Under the pieces are notes generated by a model. It saw nothing but the letters and a program-made list of their open reading frames with translations. It had not been told where the DNA came from and did no database searches. A stretch of 64,000 bases of DNA, from assembly GCA_040954595.2 (NCBI GenBank), contig CM082588.2, positions 7,858,844 through 7,922,843 of the forward strand, given 5' to 3'. Shown here piece by piece: positions 60,725-64,000 of this stretch. The stretch is from Balanoglossus misakiensis. Lineage: Eukaryota > Animalia > Hemichordata. Position numbers and translations under genes: made by a program. How positions within the stretch are numbered: the stretch's first letter is position 1; every line of letters begins with the position of its first letter.

Positions 60725-63700
60725 ATGGCGACTGGTGGTGCCTTTATAACCACACCCGAGAAGGTGAATCACGCTAGACTTTGTCGACTACTTATCGACG
60801 GCGGATCTAAAGCGGTGAGATGTATATTTGACAAGAGAATTCTAATCTTACACTTGCGGACACAGAATTCTAATCTTACACTTGCGGACACACTGAAGAA
60901 CCATAAAGTTTCGTTACAGAGACTTCGTCCAAATGTTATCAGTGATGGTCAGTGGGATCTGTTATACCCAACCCCACCCAACCTTGTCAAGTCTGAACAT
61001 TTCGACATTACATTGCTCATAGTTTTACTACGGAATATCTGTGGCCTTCGACATCCAAGAGATAGAGTATGGACACATCCCTCCCCTGGTGATCTCCGTG
61101 TTGAAGCTGATGTGACCCGAATAAGAGAGTTCAGGAATAGACTTCAACACATGACGGGCACAGCTGTCCCTGACAGTGAATTTCAATCTTTCTGGGATGA
61201 CATTAGTAAAGTACTGGTACGTCTTGGCGCTAAGCAGGGAGATATCGATCAGTTGAAGACAGCGAGTATGGACCCTGCAGAGACAGACAAATACGAACAT
61301 ACTTTAAAGGACTGGGAAGAATCCGACATGGTGCTGGAAAAGTTCCTACAGCGTATGGAAGAGAAAATTGGTGATCAAACTCGTCAGCTTGGTCAGATAT
61401 CAGAGACACAGAGTGGCCATAGCAGTACTTTGGCTGATATCGAACAGAACCAACGGGAGAACCAACAAGAAACGACTCAACATCTTGGTCAGATATCAGA
61501 GACACAGAGTGACCATAGCAGTACTTTGGCTGATATCGAACAGAACCAACGGGAGAACCAACAAGAAACGACTCAACATCTTGGTCAGATATCAGAGACA
61601 CAGAGTGACCATAGCAGTACTTTGGCTGATATCGAACAGAACCAACGGGAGAACCAACAAGAAACGACTCAACATCTTGGTCAGATATCAGAGACACAGA
61701 GTGACCATAGCAGTACTTTGGCTGATATCGAACAGAACCAACGAGAGAACCAACAAGAAACGACTCAACATCTTGGTCAGATATCAGAGACACAGAGTGA
61801 CCATAGCAGTACTTTGGCTGATATCGAACAGAACCAACGGGAGAACCAACAAGAAACGACTCAACATCTTGGTCAGATATCAGAGACACAGAGTGACCAT
61901 AGCAGTACTTTGGCTGATATCGAACAGAACCAACGGGAGAACCAACAAGAAACAACTCAACATCTTGGTCAGATATCAGAGACACAGAGTGACCATAGCA
62001 GTACTTTGGCTGATATCGAACAGAACCAACAAGAAACAACTCAACATCTTGGTCAGATATCAGAGACACAGAGTGACCATAGCAGTACTTTGGCTGATAT
62101 CGAACAGAACCAACGGGAGAACCAACAAGAAACGACTCAACATCTTGGTCAGATATCAGAGACACAGAGTGACCATAGCAGTACTTTGGCTGATATCGAA
62201 CAGAACCAACAAGAAGCGACTCAACATCTTGGTCAGATATCAGAGACACTGGTTGACATTAAAGAAGGCCTCAAGACTTCACATACCAGTGAGTCAAGAA
62301 CGTGTGTTCCAGGTAATAATTAAGATGAAGAAGTGATATTCATTTCTATGGCTGAAATCTACAATCATATTTGCTTAGTTTGAAAAAAAGATTCTGCTGT
62401 ATGTACACCACCATTAAAAATAACTTTTTCTATAAATTCTCTCCTTTATCTCAAGATGCTTCCTGTGCTTGGTGCAACTGTAAGAGTGATAATCTCAAGA
62501 AGTTTATACGCTGTTGTGCAGTGATGTATTGTGGGAAAGACTGCCAGGAACAACACTGGAGGAAAGGTCACAGAGAAGAATGCAAAGGTACAATTGATCC
62601 TTTTCTGAACTCCACATGACCCCACGAGATTTCACGTAGCTAAGCAATTTATATGGGAGGACATTCCCCTGGCACAGGGCAAACAAGTAACACATGTCCT
62701 ACCATATTCAATGGCACAAACAATTTCCTTTTTTGTTAAACTCTGCACCTATTCTAATTTCTGAGCTACCAACACGTTGCTATAGTAATCAACCAAGTGT
62801 CAGGAGATTTCTAAATGAGCAGGAAATCATCATTGTTAAAGTCTGAACCTATATTCTAGTTACATAGCAAGCTAGATAGTATGAAAATATTCACAAACAC
62901 CTTTTAGTACATGTAAGAACTTATAAATAAGATACTGAAAATTTCCATGTTTCACGCATAATGTTTGTATTCTCATGTGCTGAGCTGTCTGTCAAAAAGC
63001 TGGGGGTAATCACGACATGACCCTGCCTATATGGAACACAATATGTGGTTCATATACATGTAGTTGTTGGTCACAATACATCTAGTACACCATTTGAAAC
63101 CCCTGACTATATTATACTTAGGTACAATGATGTTTTACAGCTTGTGAAAATAGTAAACTAAACAGCAACTATCTGCAATACAAAAGTCATACTATCAATA
63201 TTATATTGTTTTTTTCTTACAGATACTTCTGCAGGGTTTGAGTGGCTTAAAGACTATCTCAAAGAATTGTACAGCCATGACTTTGACAAGTTCCAACCTC
63301 TGCCATGGAATGAAAACTTCTCACTCCATTTATCTGATGTCTATACCCGACTGAAGATGGGAGAGGTTAATGAAAGGGGTAAGATCATTAAGGACAATGA
63401 AGAAAATGACACTGTAGTTCATGAGAGTGCAATATTTGAAGCAGATCGAAATGGAGTGAGACCACGTAGAATAAGAATTGAAGGACCTCCAGCTATTGGC
63501 AAGTCAATGTTTAGTAGAAAGCTGGCCTACAACTGGGCTTGTGGAAAATTAGAGCAATTTAAATTAGTCTTTCTGTTGGAAATGAGATATATGAGTAAAG
63601 AATCAATCATAGAAACCATATTTGATCAATTACTTCCTGATGATGCAGAAATGTCCAGAGATGAGCTTGACAAGGTTCTGAAAAGGAATGCAGATTCTGT

Positions 63701-64000
63701 GCTGTTCCTCTGTGATGGTTTGGATGAAATGTGTAAGGATTTCAAGGAAAGTTCTGATATAAGTCGGATTATTGCAAAGAAATTATTGCCAAGATGTACA
63801 GTAGCTATCACAACCAGGCCCCATGAATGTGACACACAGCTGAAAAACTGTGATTCACATTATCACATAGAGGGCTTCACATGGAGTGATTGTTGGGAAT
63901 ATATCAGGAAGTACTTCAAGCATGAGTCTCAGACATGTGTGAATATGATCAAAAATTTAGAACGAAACCTCCAGTTTAAATGGTTGGATGATTTCCTTAG
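60725..64000 (+). CDS. HEPN-coiled coil-MYND-NACHT NLR, copy 5, partial; join(60725..62312,62456..62587,63223..>64000)
   Basis: Same splice sites. The NACHT exon with GPPAIGKS and LCDGLDE appears open to the window edge. Confidence 0.85.
61388..62227 (+). repeat. Coding minisatellite, 9 units (L-L-L-L-L-L-S-L-S)
   Basis: 280 aa equals 7x32 + 2x28. Confidence 0.95.

Noticed and set aside
1-64000. Bacterial anti-phage (Avs/bNACHT-HEPN) operon or a diversity-generating retroelement driving the hypervariable patches
   Set aside because: Spliceosomal introns, poly-A signals and eukaryotic TEs show animal DNA. There is no template repeat, adenine-specific variation or RT gene; the only RT-related piece is a LINE 3' end.

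Overview
AT-rich eukaryotic (most likely marine invertebrate animal) genomic DNA with GT-AG introns. It is dominated by a tandem cluster of paralogous three-exon NLR-type genes: five copies lie in the window (one inverted, one frameshifted near its start, one running off the right edge), plus the 3' flank of a sixth at the left edge. The ORF track shows these as separate ORFs, but splice phases join them into single proteins of about 1250-1550 aa. The architecture is DZIP3-like HEPN domain with an intact RNase motif (RNRLQH), then a copy-number-variable 28/32-aa coiled-coil repeat (0-10 units), a MYND zinc-finger cassette exon, a NACHT NTPase, and a degenerate LRR-like region with hypervariable patches. 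Each copy has a canonical NF-kB site about 0.5 kb upstream of the ATG, and the copies are mosaics of one another. The right half holds two copies of a ~10 kb cargo block with a 3-exon AAC4-like (putative nuclease-fold) gene and a divergently oriented multi-exon gene of unknown function. There are many small non-autonomous transposons (Kolobok-, Harbinger-, piggyBac-, Tc1/mariner-, hAT- and MULE-like by TSD/TIR) and one 5'-truncated L1/Tx1-like LINE. Family assignments come from motif recognition by eye; no database searches were run.
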